This document shows positions 24,342-39,100 of a stretch of 64,000 bases of DNA, one piece after another; within the stretch, counting starts at the first letter, position 1, and each line of letters starts with the position of its first letter. Where the stretch lies: the NCBI GenBank assembly GCA_051362555.1, contig CM120641.1, positions 48,304,401-48,368,400 of the forward strand. Direction: 5' to 3'. The position numbers and the translations under genes are program-made. This stretch comes from Lingula anatina. Its lineage: Eukaryota; Animalia; Brachiopoda. The notes beneath the pieces are model-generated. The model did no database searches. It had not been told where the DNA came from and worked only from the letters and a program-made list of their open reading frames with translations.

Positions 24342-27300
24342 TCATATGGTACTGCTGGGATCATGTTTTGAAATAAGAGCGTCCAGGAGTTTCAGTCTGG
24401 CCTTGATTTGCTGGAAAGGACAAAACTTTGATAAAAACTGATGAAAATAAGCTCTCTAAACATGTCTGAAGGTGCCAATGAAGACTAAATATGTATATTC
24501 AGCTATACTGACACGTGGCTCCACATACTGGTCAGTAGTCAACAATTTCAAAAGGGGATTCTCTTTCTAAGAAAAGCTGACCTTTTACCATGAGACCTTC
24601 ATTATACCTAGATCAATATTTACCCAGAGTGGACCTTTTCCAGGAAAGAAAGGCAATTTGTACGAATCCCCCCACCCTGGCTACCAGACCCACATACTGC
24701 ATTATAAACAGGATATCACTGTTAGTTAACAGAATATCTGCTCTACATTAACAACAACCTTCTAAGGTTTTTCAGCGGAGTAAACCCCATTCACTTACTT
24801 TATAGTCATTATACTCTGTGCTCATGGGTAGTCTGTCCTCTTTCTGCACTTTCCTGGAATGACAGACAGTAAAGTAAACTATATAAATTATGTGAGATCA
24901 GCAGTGTTTTCTTAACCTTACAAAATAGCAATATCTTCACTTTACAGGTCTTATGAATTCAGTGATATTTTCTGTCTTTGAAAATCAAATCAATTTTTCC
25001 AGAAAGGCTGGTATGTTATAAGTCAACGATGAAGTAAACTTTATGAACAACTATAATCTTAAGAAAATGTGAAATCCTTCTTTTAATTTAACCATTCAGA
25101 GTTGAAGTTATTTCAACATTCAAAGAAATCTTCATCATATACCATCAGTAAGTACAAATAATGCATTTTGCTTTCATTTCTTTTCATCAAACCTTCCTCA
25201 ATGCTGATGTTTCAACAAACCTTCCATTTTCCTTCAGGAAATCATCTTCAAACTCTCGCAAAAATTTTCGTAATCTTTTCTTTTCAGTTCTTGTTTTTGA
25301 TTGTTCTGCAAGTAGCTCTTCCCTGAATAAAAATATCATAAATACAACTTTTCACATAAAAATATCTTACCATATCTGCAACACATGAATTTCCCTTAAT
25401 AAAATGACACCAACTTAAAAAGACAATCTCTGGGATTTTTCTGTTTGTGTCTCTAATGCACGTTATATTCTTTTAGGTAATTAACTTCATAAAATGACAT
25501 CAACAAAATCAACTTAAAGATATTATTTGTGGAATTTTTCATCTCAACCCTTCTTGTTTTTAATTTGTGCCTGTGTCCCATATACTTTTTTGAGGTTTAT
25601 GAACATATAATCCTTGCTACAAACTTAGTTTTTATGTAAAGGATAATTAGGAATGTTTCCTTTAAAAAACTAAAGGAATTAAATCAGCACATCTCCTTGT
25701 AGTCAATCAATCTAAACAAAGCTGAAGAATTCTCATGGATTCTTACATGGACAGTTCATGCAAATTGGACTCCTTCACTTTGCCTTTCACCCCTAACATT
25801 GTGGTGTCCTGAAGCAAGGACATGTTTTTGGTGACAGAAAATTCCCCGCTACCAAATTCATCTTGGTCATCCATTTCTGCTGCCGGGAGGTGAATGTGGA
25901 CTGGCTCCTGGAGTTTGGAAAAAAAATTATGAAATTTGTTTACGATGAGATGATGTCTGTGAGGAGGTTGTAGAACACATCATTATTAAATCTTTGAACA
26001 ATAACCCCTCCACCCAAAATAAATAAATAAATAAAGCAATATATGGACACTAAAAAATATTAAGATTATTATGAAAAAACATTGAAGTTATCTAAGCCAC
26101 ACTCTTTAAACTTACTGCAGATGCCCCCCCCCAAACTCAAAAATGTATGAAGACTAAAATTAGGATTATTCTGCAAAAAGCATTTAAGTTATCAAAGCCA
26201 CAGCAAATGGTGTGATCAATTACAACTGCAAGATTGTGAAGTCTGGCTGAAATAAGTGTTGAAAATATAACCCCTGAGGCTTGTTGGGGGCCCAGCTTGG
26301 TGGCTGCTTACTTTAGGCTGAGAGACTGTCTTTTCTCCAGGTGAGAAGTCCATGGTATGTCCCTCTGGCACGGAAGGTAAATCCTTCTCTGATGGCTGAA
26401 ATTGTGCAGTGGTGGGCACAGTGAGAACATGGTGAGAGAAACAGCAGAATGATGGACACTACACGACTGGGTTAATGATAAAACACACATAAAACACAGC
26501 AAACTGGTCATGATAAGATAGACTGGCTGGTGTGTATTTGATGTGTTAGTTATCACTGCACATCATTTCACTTCATTTTGTGCAGAATATATTATAGTGT
26601 ACTTTGTTGTGTTCAAACTTGAGAGTAAATTAAAACAAGTTTTATATCATATATTCAGCTGTTTATGTGATGAGTGAATCTGTGCACCCCCCCCCCCCAA
26701 GAAAAAAAAAAAAAAAAAAAAAAAACTTGGTTAAATGAAATTGAACTTACCGAGATAGGCTTGGCAAGAGTCCTCTTAATATTCCTGTATCTATCATAGA
26801 GTGGCCTCATCAATTCTTTCTCTGGCTTGGTCACCTGGTATAATACATGGGAAATATAGCGTACACTTATAGGCCCTTTTCAAGCCCAGCAATAAACTTA
26901 AGCTATACAGCCTATACCGATACATTGAGAAAGATTGGAAGAGGAAGAGTTACATGAAACATGGCATTTGACTTATTATCCATTTAAGTAAAATTTGGGA
27001 TACAGTATTGTTACTTACAGGTCTGCCATGGAAATTTTCAAATTGCAATAAAACTTTTTGGACGGCAAGTTTCTCATCCTGCACCTGCTCTCTGTTCATC
27101 ATCTGGAAGCAAATGGGCCATAAATTAATAATCAAACAATATAATTTAACAAAATGATATTATTGAAAGCTAGTGAACTGTTTTTAGGCAGCAAACTTTT
27201 GTCATAAAATTATATTCCTCTAACATTACCAAAGTGATGAACCTATTCCAACATAAGCTGTCCCAATGTGGTGACATCTGTATACATAGGACTGCTGAGC

Positions 27301-28343
27301 AATTTGTGCAAAGACCTTGAAACACACTTAAACTAACATCCCACATTACCAAATCAAACAATTTTCATTTTGACAAAGTTCACAAAAACTATTTAACTGA
27401 AAAACATCTGTGCTTTCACTAACATGTGATTATATGGCAGGCCCTTCCAGGAAAAAAAAAATTGTCGTCTTACCTCTAAAGCCTCTGGTCTGTTGGCATC
27501 TCTCCTCTTGTCCGACAGTTTCTTCATCAACATGTCCAGCGTCTGCTGCATGGTCGGTCCGTCCGCATCGTGTCCAGTGGGATGATGTCCGCTGTCTGGA
27601 CGTCCACCGGGGTACGTCTCTGCCAGCTGGTCCATATGACTTTCTTCTTTAAGGCCTGTGGATAGTGAGAAGTCTTTTTTTTTTTTTTACTAATCTTTCA
27701 AGCAGTTTAAGAGAACAGAGCAATGTGTGAGTATGCTTACCATTATTATGTATCAGATATGTAACTATATGTTGGCAGTTTGATAAATATTAATTGAAAG
27801 CAATGAATGAATAAATATATAAAATAAATAAAGTTAACAAGGCAGCAAAGCTGTCAAATGTACAGACAAAAACCAGAAAATAAAAACGCAGGAAAAAGGA
27901 TACTGTCAATTCTGATGAACTAATGTATTATGCTTACTGTAACTGCATAGCCAACATCAAATTCTAATTCTGCATAACATTGGATTAGGATGAAAGTAAA
28001 GTTCCCATACCTAGATCAATCAAACAGGATCAATCCAACTCCAAGGGGTTTCTCACTAAATTGCTTTCAGTTTGAGAATCTTAGGATTCTGGCATGCCAG
28101 TTTTAGTAGGCATGACAGACAGCTAAGCCACTTACATTGATTGCAATTTAGCGAGAATTCCCATGGAGATAGATCGATCCACAGTTAGTGTGATAGGGTC
28201 TGGAAATAGTCCTTAAGGTGTCAGGCTGTCGGGTCCGACATAAAGATCGTACGGGCTGATAAGAGTTAAACTTTGGAAATGCCAGAATGAGGTACAGTGA
28301 AAATTACACAAAAAAAATTGCTTAAACTCATTAAAAAAATTTA

Positions 28344-28423
<80 letters not shown>

Positions 28424-31400
28424 TATTTTTTGGGGGCTGTATGTCAATCCTAAGAATCATTCCTGTAACTTAACAAAATACAGAAAATGTTACAAAGAAA
28501 GAGTACAGGGCTCCTGGCAGATGGAAGTGATAAGTCACAACTTGAAAATGCCAGTATAGCACTCTATAAACCTGCATTGCTTCCAAAACAGAAAACAATC
28601 ACACTGGTTTTCAAACACAAGCTGCACTTCTGTCTTATGAAACTTTTCAGTAAGTTTCAGTATCGTAAGTAACATGGTTTTCCCTTAATCGCTATCCTGG
28701 CAGCAGTGTCCAAAATAGGGGTTTCTTCAACTTTCATGCTATATAACATAATACTTAACAGCATAATGACCATCAAATTTTTTATAAAAAAAATAAAAGT
28801 ATCATGAATATTCAGAAAATGTGATTTGGGAAGGTCTTCAAGGCCATGGAAGTTCAGAGTCACACTTTCAAAATGCCAAAATGTAAACAAGAGATAACTG
28901 TACTGAAATGATTTTCTTTCCATTTTCAACACCTTTTTTAAAACAAAATAATCAATAAACTGTCATTTTTAAATGTTCAACTAGGAAAATTGTTGACATA
29001 GGAAAAATATCAATAGAACAATTTTCAATGTCCAATTTGCTCCATTTGCAGATGCTGAACAATGATTAAATCTGACAAATTGCAATGATGAGTTCCTTTC
29101 CATTTATGATACTTTATTACATAATGCACAACAACAGGTTTACTGTCATTTTTATATAATCAACTAACAATATTGTTAAGAAGCAGAAAATGTCAAAACA
29201 ACACTTTTACATATCTTATTAGTTCCATAATGAGACTGTTAATATGCCTAAGAATTAAATCTGAAGAAATAACAATTATATACAAAAATACAGAAAATGC
29301 ACAGCACTTCTGGTGGATGGGAGTTAAAAATCACATCTTGAAGATGCTAGTGTTTGAAAAATAATTTAAAAAAAATTTTAAATAAAATGTAAAAAATTCC
29401 AATAAAGCTGCTATTCAAACTTTTAATCTAGCTGTATTAACTTGATATTAATAACCCCACCAAGTTTGAGAAAAATAAAGCACTGTTATTCATCTATAGC
29501 ATGTTGGCATAACACATATTTTTTGTTGTAAATTTATTTGCAATGTTAAACACCATTTATCTGCATAATTATCACCAAATCCTAATTTTGTGACACAGTT
29601 AAGAGAGCTAAACCTATGGGACTTTACAGGGAAATCTCAACGAGTGTTTTATGTAATCTCATTTAATGGCCAATTGAAAATTAATGAGTAAGCAAGTGAT
29701 TTTATAGACCTTAATTTAATTAGTGATCACCCAAGGGACATACAGTACCATCATATAGCACAAATGTGTTATAGGTGTTGCATACATGCTGAAAAAAGTG
29801 AAAAAACAGCATTACTTCCCTAAAAATTACCCGATCATGCTGATTTTCAAACTTGACCTGCGTATTATGAATATTCATCAGTTCTGTAAGTTTGAAACCA
29901 AAAGGTAAAATGGTTTTCCACTTTTCGTGTTATCGGTGCTGCATATATGCTAAAAAAAGGGAAAAACAGCATAACTTCCCTAAAAATGACCTGATCAAGC
30001 TGATTTTCAAACTTGACCTGCGTAATATGAATATCCATTAGTTCTGCAAGTTTCAAGCCAAAAGGTAAAATGGTTTTTCACTTATCATGTTATCAGTGTT
30101 GCATATATGCTGAAAAAAGTGAAAAACAGCATAACTTCCCTATAAATGAGCCGATCATGCTGACTTTCGAACTTGACCTGCGTTTTATGAATATTCATCA
30201 GTTCTGTAAGTTTCAAGGCAAAAGGTAAAATGGTTTTCCACTTATCGTGTTATCGGTGCTGCATATATGCTGAAACAAGAGAGCACTGTTCTGCAATGGG
30301 TTTACTTCCATTTTTAAAACACTTTTTTAACATAAAACAAAATAAACAGTTTACTACCATTTGTATATGATCAACTAAGAAAATTGATGAGGTGGTAAAA
30401 ATATCAATAGAACAGTGTTAAATGTCCAATTTCCTCCATTCTGTGATTCTGAAGATAGTAGATGATTGAATCTGACAAACTGCAATGATACAAGTTTCTT
30501 TCCATTTTTGACACTTGATTACACAATACACGATATCAAGTTTACCATCATTTTTACATAATCAACTAACAATGTCATAAAGATGCAGGAAATGTCAAAC
30601 AAACACTTTTACGTATCTTATTAGTTCAATAATGAGACTGTTAACATGCCTAACAATTGAATCTGAGGAAATGTGAAAAAACAGCATAACTTCTAAAATA
30701 ATGGCCCGATTATGCTGATTTTCGAACTCAACCTGCGTTTTAGTAAGATTGACCACTCCTGTAAGTATAATGACAATTGGCCTATCTGTTTTTCTTATAT
30801 TGTGTTATCAGTGCTGCATATATGTTGAAAAAAGTGAAAAAATAGCATAACTCCCCTAAAAATGGCCCGATCATGCTGATTTTTGAACTTGACCTGCGGA
30901 TTTTGAATGTTCACCAGTTCTGTAAGTTTCAAGCCAAAAAGTAAAATGGTTTTCCACTTATCGTGTTATCGGTGCTGCATATATGCTAAAAAAAGTGAAA
31001 AAACAGCATAAATTCCCTATAAGTCACCCGATCATGCTGATTTTCGAACTTGACCTGCGTATTATGAATATTTATCAATTCTGTTAGTTTCAAGCTGAAA
31101 TAAAAAACAGTTTTCCACTTATCGTGTTATCGGTAAAAGTGCACGACGGCGACGACGGCGACGACAGACGCAGATGATGGCTATATGTACAGACACATCT
31201 GTGTCTGTACATAAAAATGATAAAATTTCAATCTGTTGAATGAAGCAAAATTTCACTTATAATAACAATATCAGAATATCAACAATGGCTTTATTAATAA
31301 AGCCAACAATGACTTCTCGCAACATGCCAGAAACCATCTGGCCTTCACATCTTTTATCTCTACTAAAACAAAGCAAAAGTTCCAAAAGGGAAAACATCCT

Positions 31401-33046
31401 AAAATGAGACAATAAAATTCATTCTTCACAGAGAGTGCACTCCCTAAGGAATAGGAGAAACGCAAACTTGATTAAGTCAGGCGAGTCATTAAGGATTTCT
31501 TGATAAAAATCAATACAAAATTAATTCAATTGAAATGACTATAAAGCACAGAGGCAACCCAATGACTGCCTGTAGTAGAAAGTACATACTGTAATATACA
31601 CAAGTGAACAAAAAGGTGAAAGACGCTGGGGTATGATTATTATAAAATATAACAGTGACTCTGTAACCAGATGACTGCCTCTGAAAGTGATAGTTAAGAA
31701 CACAAGTAACAACAGACCACAGCATGTCTTCAAGGATCTCTCCATGTTGAACTGAACACTTAACTGGACTGGTTCACTATGTCTGGTCCTGACATTTAAT
31801 TACAATACAGGTACTAACATCTGAGTATGCTACAGTTCTTTTTTCCATTCACAAGTCCACTAAGTTATCAGCCTCTCATAGTGGACCAGTCCAGTTAATT
31901 GTGCCATTGGCTGTGAAAGGTTCACAAACACAAAGAACATACTGACACTGCAAACTAGAGTTCTGAGTATCAAGAGTGACTGGGTCCAAATGGAAAGGAA
32001 AGGACAAAGGTACTGTTCAGAATGACTCCACATGGATTCTCTCTGTATTCAATCAGATTATCGGTTTAGCACACCTCCTCTGATTTCCAATATATTCACA
32101 TAATCACCAGCCTCTCCGTTTTCGGAAAGGACCATGTTAGTTTGTTAATCTGATTGCAATCTACGAGAGTCCTCATGGAGATAAGGGGCAGTGAGCACTG
32201 GAATCTAAATCATTCTGAACAGCCGAGGGCGACAGTTAACTAGCATGTTGACTTATCACCAATATGTAGTTAACATCTTTGATGTGTAAGGTGGAAAAGA
32301 AAAAGACCACATGTGTAAACTGCTTACTAGAATGCTGGTTGGTTTGGTCCTCACTGACTAGAACTGCAGAAAATAAAGCTGGTTAACATGCAGAAAGGAC
32401 ACAATATAAAACAACTGTGCAGTGTGGCCCTCTTATAAGCATTGTGGTGTCTATGTTTTAAAAGGCTTCTATAAAACATGCCTCAATCCTAATTAAGGTC
32501 AGCAGAGTTCCACTTTGGGTATTTCAAAGTCTGCCTGGATTACACAAGCAATATTAAAATATTTTGGATCATGATAATAAAACAAACAGGAGTCTTTAAA
32601 AATACAAAACTAACACTACATTGCCAGCTCCCTGTAGTATAAATTCAGTACAAGAAGTTTTTTTAATGCTTGTCTTACGTTTTAGCTCCTTCCGTGACTT
32701 GGCCAGGTCATTCATGTATCTCTTGATTTCTGGCTTGGACGACTTGTCCTGCTGTGACGGCTGGAACAGAAGATAAACTGCTTTATACCCTTCAATATGC
32801 CACTTTTTAATGTGAGGATTTATTCCTTAAATACAAGGAATGTGACTGGCAAGAAATGTCATCATTATGCCAAGAAGACAGTGACAACAGTGTATTGCTC
32901 TCCGATTCACTGTTCAAATGAACTTGCATTTCTACCTTCAATTTGAATATAAACACCATATTAATACTATACACATAGACTGAAAATTTAGAACATGTTA
33001 TGTGTCGCTTAAATATCAAGAACTTCCATTCCTTGGCCTTTTTACT

Positions 33047-33105
<59 letters not shown>

Positions 33106-36100
33106 CATGCACAGTTGAGCCTACCCTGTATCCATGCTCTGCTTCAAAGGTTTCCTCAAAATGTTTGATTTTCTTTTTCAATGCTGTAATGGCAAAAAAG
33201 GAAACAAAATAATAATAATAATAATAATAACAACAGCTGTATTATCAAAAATTTACAAAATAGTTTTAATTTAACGTACATAGTTCTAATTTCACAATCA
33301 TTTGCAACAAATCAGACATCAAGCTATTTGGAAATTTCATAAAAAAGTAGATTTCTTATGTAACAACAGAAAGGAAATGAAACATTTAAAACAAAATTCA
33401 TTCTTTTTCTTATTCAGTAACAATAAAAACTAACAAATACTACAACCTTTTTTTACGGAACCCCACATGATGGGTCTAGCCTATAGCCAGCAAAGTGGTC
33501 CTCATTACCCCCTTAGTTGGCTTATACTTACACTGAATATGTTTAGTGAGTTTCTTCACTGCCAGGGTGTGCTCATCATCTGACCTCATACTGCATCAAA
33601 AGATAAACACATGTCAGAAGGCGTTATACAGGGTCCCAAACAAAATATTGAGTCATTAAAAAATACAATATCTCATCAAATAATACCTGATACAGGGATA
33701 GGATGAAGAAATGCATCTTGAAAATTCTCTTAGAAGATTTAAGATAATTATCAAGAAATAGAAAATACTTAAACCAAGCTCTGTTAACAATATATATCTT
33801 CAGTAAGGTGATTTATGCTGTGAAAAAAAAAGTGAAATCAACATGAGCTAACATCAGTTTTATTGTATGGATGCAGACAGCAATCTCAAACCAAGAAACC
33901 CACTAGCTGACTTCTATAATTTCTACCACTATAATATGCTAAACAGGGCTGTTTGAATGGCATACAACTGAAAACTGGGCAACAAAAACTATTTATATTT
34001 ATATAGACATGATGGGACTGTATGTGGATATGGTAAAAACTTGAAAGTTTCGTCAGTTAAAAATTAATATTTTAAAATGCATCAATCTGATTGGCAATAG
34101 TGGGTGACAAACTTTTCAAAATTATTGAGAGGCCCATTTTCAAGTTTGCCAAATTTTCCAGTTGAAAAAATTATGTCGGTAGAGAATTGTCTTCCAACAA
34201 AATTTTCAAGACTGACTAAATTTTCAAGTTTTTACCATATAAAACCAACCTTTTGAAGACATTGGTCTGAAGAACTGGAGGAGAAGGTGGCATATCCGTG
34301 TCAGTAGAGCCACTGCAAAACCACATTAATTATCAAATCACAGGCAAGGCTCAATGCCACAGACATGCTGAAACTGTTGGCCATGGCCCTGTAACTTAAA
34401 AGCAGTCTCAATTCCATAACCCCCCATGTGGATTGAGTATGGGCGATCGAGTTATGGAATCGAGACAGTTGTGCTCTGTTGCAATGCGCGATGCTTTCAA
34501 GTTATGGGGCCCATGATGGACTTAATTTTCACAGACTGGTAAAAATTTGTGTCGGCAACAATTTTAAGAGCGGTCATTTTGAATTTACAGTCAGTCTGGC
34601 AAAAAGTCCTTTATTTCAGCTAATTTATCATAGCTGCTGGTCCCAATATCTGAAAATTTTTTCAGCATGTCTGATAAAAGCAAACAAAGAAGGTGCAGTC
34701 TTCTAAGAGTTTGTAGCAAGCAGAAAGTATTGCTCTTCATGGCCTCCATGTATATAGCTGTCCCAAAAGACAACTTTCATTAAATGCTGCTTCCAGCTGA
34801 GACAACAAAAAAAAGTGAGTACACTCTGACTCACGACAAATGTGACATGTAGTCCACTTAAATAGCAAACATCTGCTGAAAACAACAGGAATTTCTTATG
34901 CATGGACGCAATACCTTCAGTGTCTAAGAAGACTGCGGTGATCATGGAAAAATCAATCAACTTCAATACTGAACACATGTTAGTAAGTTGTTATATGCAA
35001 CAAAATAACTAAGCATTAAACGCAAAGCATGCATTTGTGTGGTATCTATTGCATGAGAATTATGACTAATATCAATTTCTTTCCACTGCACTAATTTTTT
35101 CTCTGATCCTCTCATTGACGTAGTAAATACGTGTAAACAATACAAGTTGTGTGGGCAAACATTTTGTTCCTGGTATATGTGTTAATATGGTGTCAGGTTG
35201 TGTATTATTTGAAGAAAACCTGTCATTATAGTGTATTGTTAAATAAGAAATGGTGGATTATTGTCTGCCATGTTTTTTAAAAACCTGTATCATATAATGA
35301 GGTATTTAATTTAGAAACTACTGATATGATTAACAATTTCTTTTTTGTGATATAAGATAACAAAGATTAAATTTAACATAACAATTTTTATGAAAGTATT
35401 AGATAATTGCATTAGAACTATTGTCACAGAGTTTTGATATTGAAAATAAAATGATTTAGAACTAGTAAGTAAAACAGAATAGAAATAAATAGAAATATGT
35501 CAAACAGCCTTTGTAAAATAAACCTTTCATACTGCTTAATGTAAACATCATAAAGTTGTGTTATGCATAAATTTTCAACAAAGTTTCAGCTTTAGAACAG
35601 TAAATGAAGAGTTACCTTAGGTTGCTGAAGATTTTAAAGGCCGTAGACCTCATTAGAGAGTCAAGGAGGTGTTCAGAGCTCCGTCTCCTTGTTTAGGACA
35701 AGAATATTAGATAACGCCAGACACACTCTTTAAATTTCTTAAAATTTTGGGAGAATTGTGCTTTAATTTCAACAAACGTTTCTAAGTCACATAAAACTAC
35801 AAAGTTTATCATTTTTCAATATATTTCACTTTTAGTTTTAAACAAGTTTAAGAATATTGTTTCAATTGTTTTAGCTGTGTGTGTGTGTGTGCGTGCATGC
35901 GTGTGTGTGAGTGTGTGTGTGTGTGTGTGCGTGCACACACGTGTCTACATGGTTATTTTTGGAAACATAAGACACAGAGCAAAATCTTTGTAAATAAAGC
36001 TTATTTTGATAAGATCAGTTAAAAATAACATTCACTGCTAGATGCAGATACACAAGTAAAATGCTAAAAAAATATTTCACACCGTGCTCTTCAAAAAGAA

Positions 36101-39100
36101 AATTATGCTGCATGTAAAAAGATCCAAACTGTGGCCTTTATATAAGTAACTATATCCAGGAATTCTGGGCAAACCCTGGGAGCTAGAGTTATCATGCACT
36201 AGTGACTGGCTAAAGAACACACTCATATACAACCAGGACTTTCTAAAATACCTGGATTTCTTCTTCATCTTTTGTGAGCGCGGTGACAGCAGTGGCTCCT
36301 CCTCTTTCATAGACTTGGCTTTCTGGAATGATATGGAAGGGCCTTTCTCTGCAAGTATGGGGCCTGTAAGGAGAATAGAACACTGATCAGACAAGTATGG
36401 GGCCTGTAAGGAGAATAGAACACTGATCAGACAAGTATGGGGTCTGTAAGGAGAACACAATACTGACCAGACAAGTATGGGAGCTGTGAGGAGAACGGAA
36501 CACTGACCAGAAAATAATGGGGGCAGTAAGGAGAACAGAACACTGATCAAACGTGGGCTCAGTACAGACACTTAAACATTCTAAGGTTCATTAGTACTGA
36601 TTAAGTGTTGTAACTTCAAGTAAAATGACCTATCTTTGACAAAATGTTTTCTAAAATCCATATTTCCAAAAGAAAGCTGACAACCGTAAGACATTTATTG
36701 CTTTAGGCTTCGTTCACATGCAATGTCTATTTTCTAAATTCTATTTTCTATTCGCGCTATCTTATGATCACGGTCTGTGCACTGAATATCCCGCCGCGTA
36801 ATTACTGGCAGCGCGAGCCAGTTACTTATAGTAACTTATAGTAACTGGCTCGCGCTGCCAGTAATTACGCCGCGGGACATTAAGGGCACAGAGCGTGATC
36901 ATAAGACATACCGCGAATAGAAAATAGAATTTAGAAAATAGACATTGCATGTGAACGAAGCCTAAAGCAATAAATGTCTTACGGTTGTCAGCTTTAAGTT
37001 ACTATAAGTTACTATAAGTAACTGGCTCGCGCTGCCAGTAATTACGCCGCGGGACATTAAGGGCACAGAGCGTGATCATAAGACATACCGCGAATAGAAA
37101 ATAGAATTTAGAAAATAGACATTGCATGTGAACGAAGCCTTAGTGTTTTCATTAATGCAACCACCCATTAATTGCCATGAAAAAGTCTCATCACTTAAGT
37201 ACACATTGTATTTTATACCACCAGTGCTTTATATATATCTATTGGTATGAAATATGAAGTCTGGCTGGCAGTACTTACCTCCACCCTCCACATTCTCATG
37301 CAGTGTGGACAGGTCAAGTGGAGGAACAAACGGCTGTTTTCTACTGCTATTTGGTGACCTCTCTGGAGACGGAATTTTGTTACGCTCGTCGTGAATATCA
37401 AGAAACCTTATTGTGGGTTTCTTTTCATTATGATTAACGTCCTCCTCAATCTGTGTATTATTCCTGGTAAGGGCTGGGAGGTCAAAGTCTGGAGACTCCA
37501 TCCTCTCCTCGTCTATGTTCTCTAAATCAACATGGCCGTCAAAGTGATCCGGACTCAGCAATGTTCTCATCTTCCTTGTTGGAGTGCGCCTCTTAGGACC
37601 TGGAGCTCTACGAAACTGGAAATATAAATCCAAAAACCTAAGTACATCTATTTATCTGCAGTTGTTCCTATAATGCAGTTACAGTAATATTAATGGTGTC
37701 AGCAATACCTGTATTGCATCAGAATGCAAAATATTCTAGAAATAGTACAGTGAAATGTCCTGACATGTGGTATTCCCCTACCTACTGCAAGATATAAGCT
37801 GATTGCATGAACACTTCCTACACAAAACCCAATGAATCATAGGCTATTTCTAACTTATGGAGAAATTTATGTGCCTGCTTCTATTGGAAAACATCCTTGA
37901 TCTGCTGGCTGGTAGGATGGATCTAATCTGTATTTATAGGTTAGCTACAGGCAGGAAATAGTGAGTCACAAGACAACTATGTTGCATAACGCAGGCTAGG
38001 AATGCATATGTCCCATAGATCACATATGTAAATAACAGGTGCTTGTATGGTATTGTAACATCTTCACACTTACGTCACATGAATATCAATCCATAATTAT
38101 CAACCACGCTGTGCTGCTATTTATATAAACAATGTCATCACAAGGTTCAACTACCAGTGACATCCTATCTTTTAATGTAATATAAATAATAAATTTCTAA
38201 TTCCAACAAAATTAATTATTATCAATATCATTCATTGGTTAATTGCTTAATATAATTATATTTCAGTTAAGCTGAAAAGACTAATAAATTAATAAGTTCT
38301 GAAAAGTCATTCTGCTAATATCAGAAAATACTTTTTCAATAATTTTTAAAAGCAATAAAAGGTAAAGACTTGGCAACATCTGTTCTCCTCAACACTCAAT
38401 GTTATCTACATCATCTTTCAAATAAATTATCACCTAATGTTACTGTGTCCATTTTTTTGTATAACAAGCATATTTTGCCTTCCACCTTTCCTAACATGTC
38501 ACCCAATTTACTGCTGTGCAGTTAAAATAATGTAAGCTTGACAAAGCAGCTGCTGCTTTCTTAACATTAAGATGCAGATGTGCAGCTTGTTATGTTACTT
38601 ACATTACTGAGCGTCGATACTTCACTGGACAGAGTGCCGTATCCTTCTTCTCCAGTTGAGAAACCGTCTTTTTGCCGAGACCTGCAAAAATATAAATCAA
38701 CAGCATTTAAAATACCTGCTAACACCACATTCTATTTTAGACCCCCCCATTAATCATCTTCAGATACCACATTATTCTTCTTAATACAAGCAGTAAACAG
38801 CCCATTACCCACACAGCCCTAATTACATTATCACATGGATCATTTTCAGCACAATGATCATTTCAGCCACAAAATGTCAAAAGTGGTGGCCCTTTTCTCT
38901 GAGGAGGATGACAAGAGAGCTGAGAAACCTCTGTGACAGTAGAGAGAGGTTCCTGGACCCTTCTTGCCTGGGTTTGTGTGTTCTCTTATATATACACACA
39001 CACACATAGAACATTACTCATAATACTAGATAGCTATTAATAGATCAAAGACACCTCAGGGAGATCATGCTTCTTTGTACATAACCACTCAGGTCTTGAA

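Noticed and set aside
24335-24344. Stop-codon readthrough signal at the FAM13 stop (TGA CCTAG)
   Set aside because: Does not match the established UGA-CUAG motif (extra C); no other support.
29800-31140. CRISPR-like regular repeats
   Set aside because: Eukaryotic tandem satellite units without unique spacers; no cas genes.
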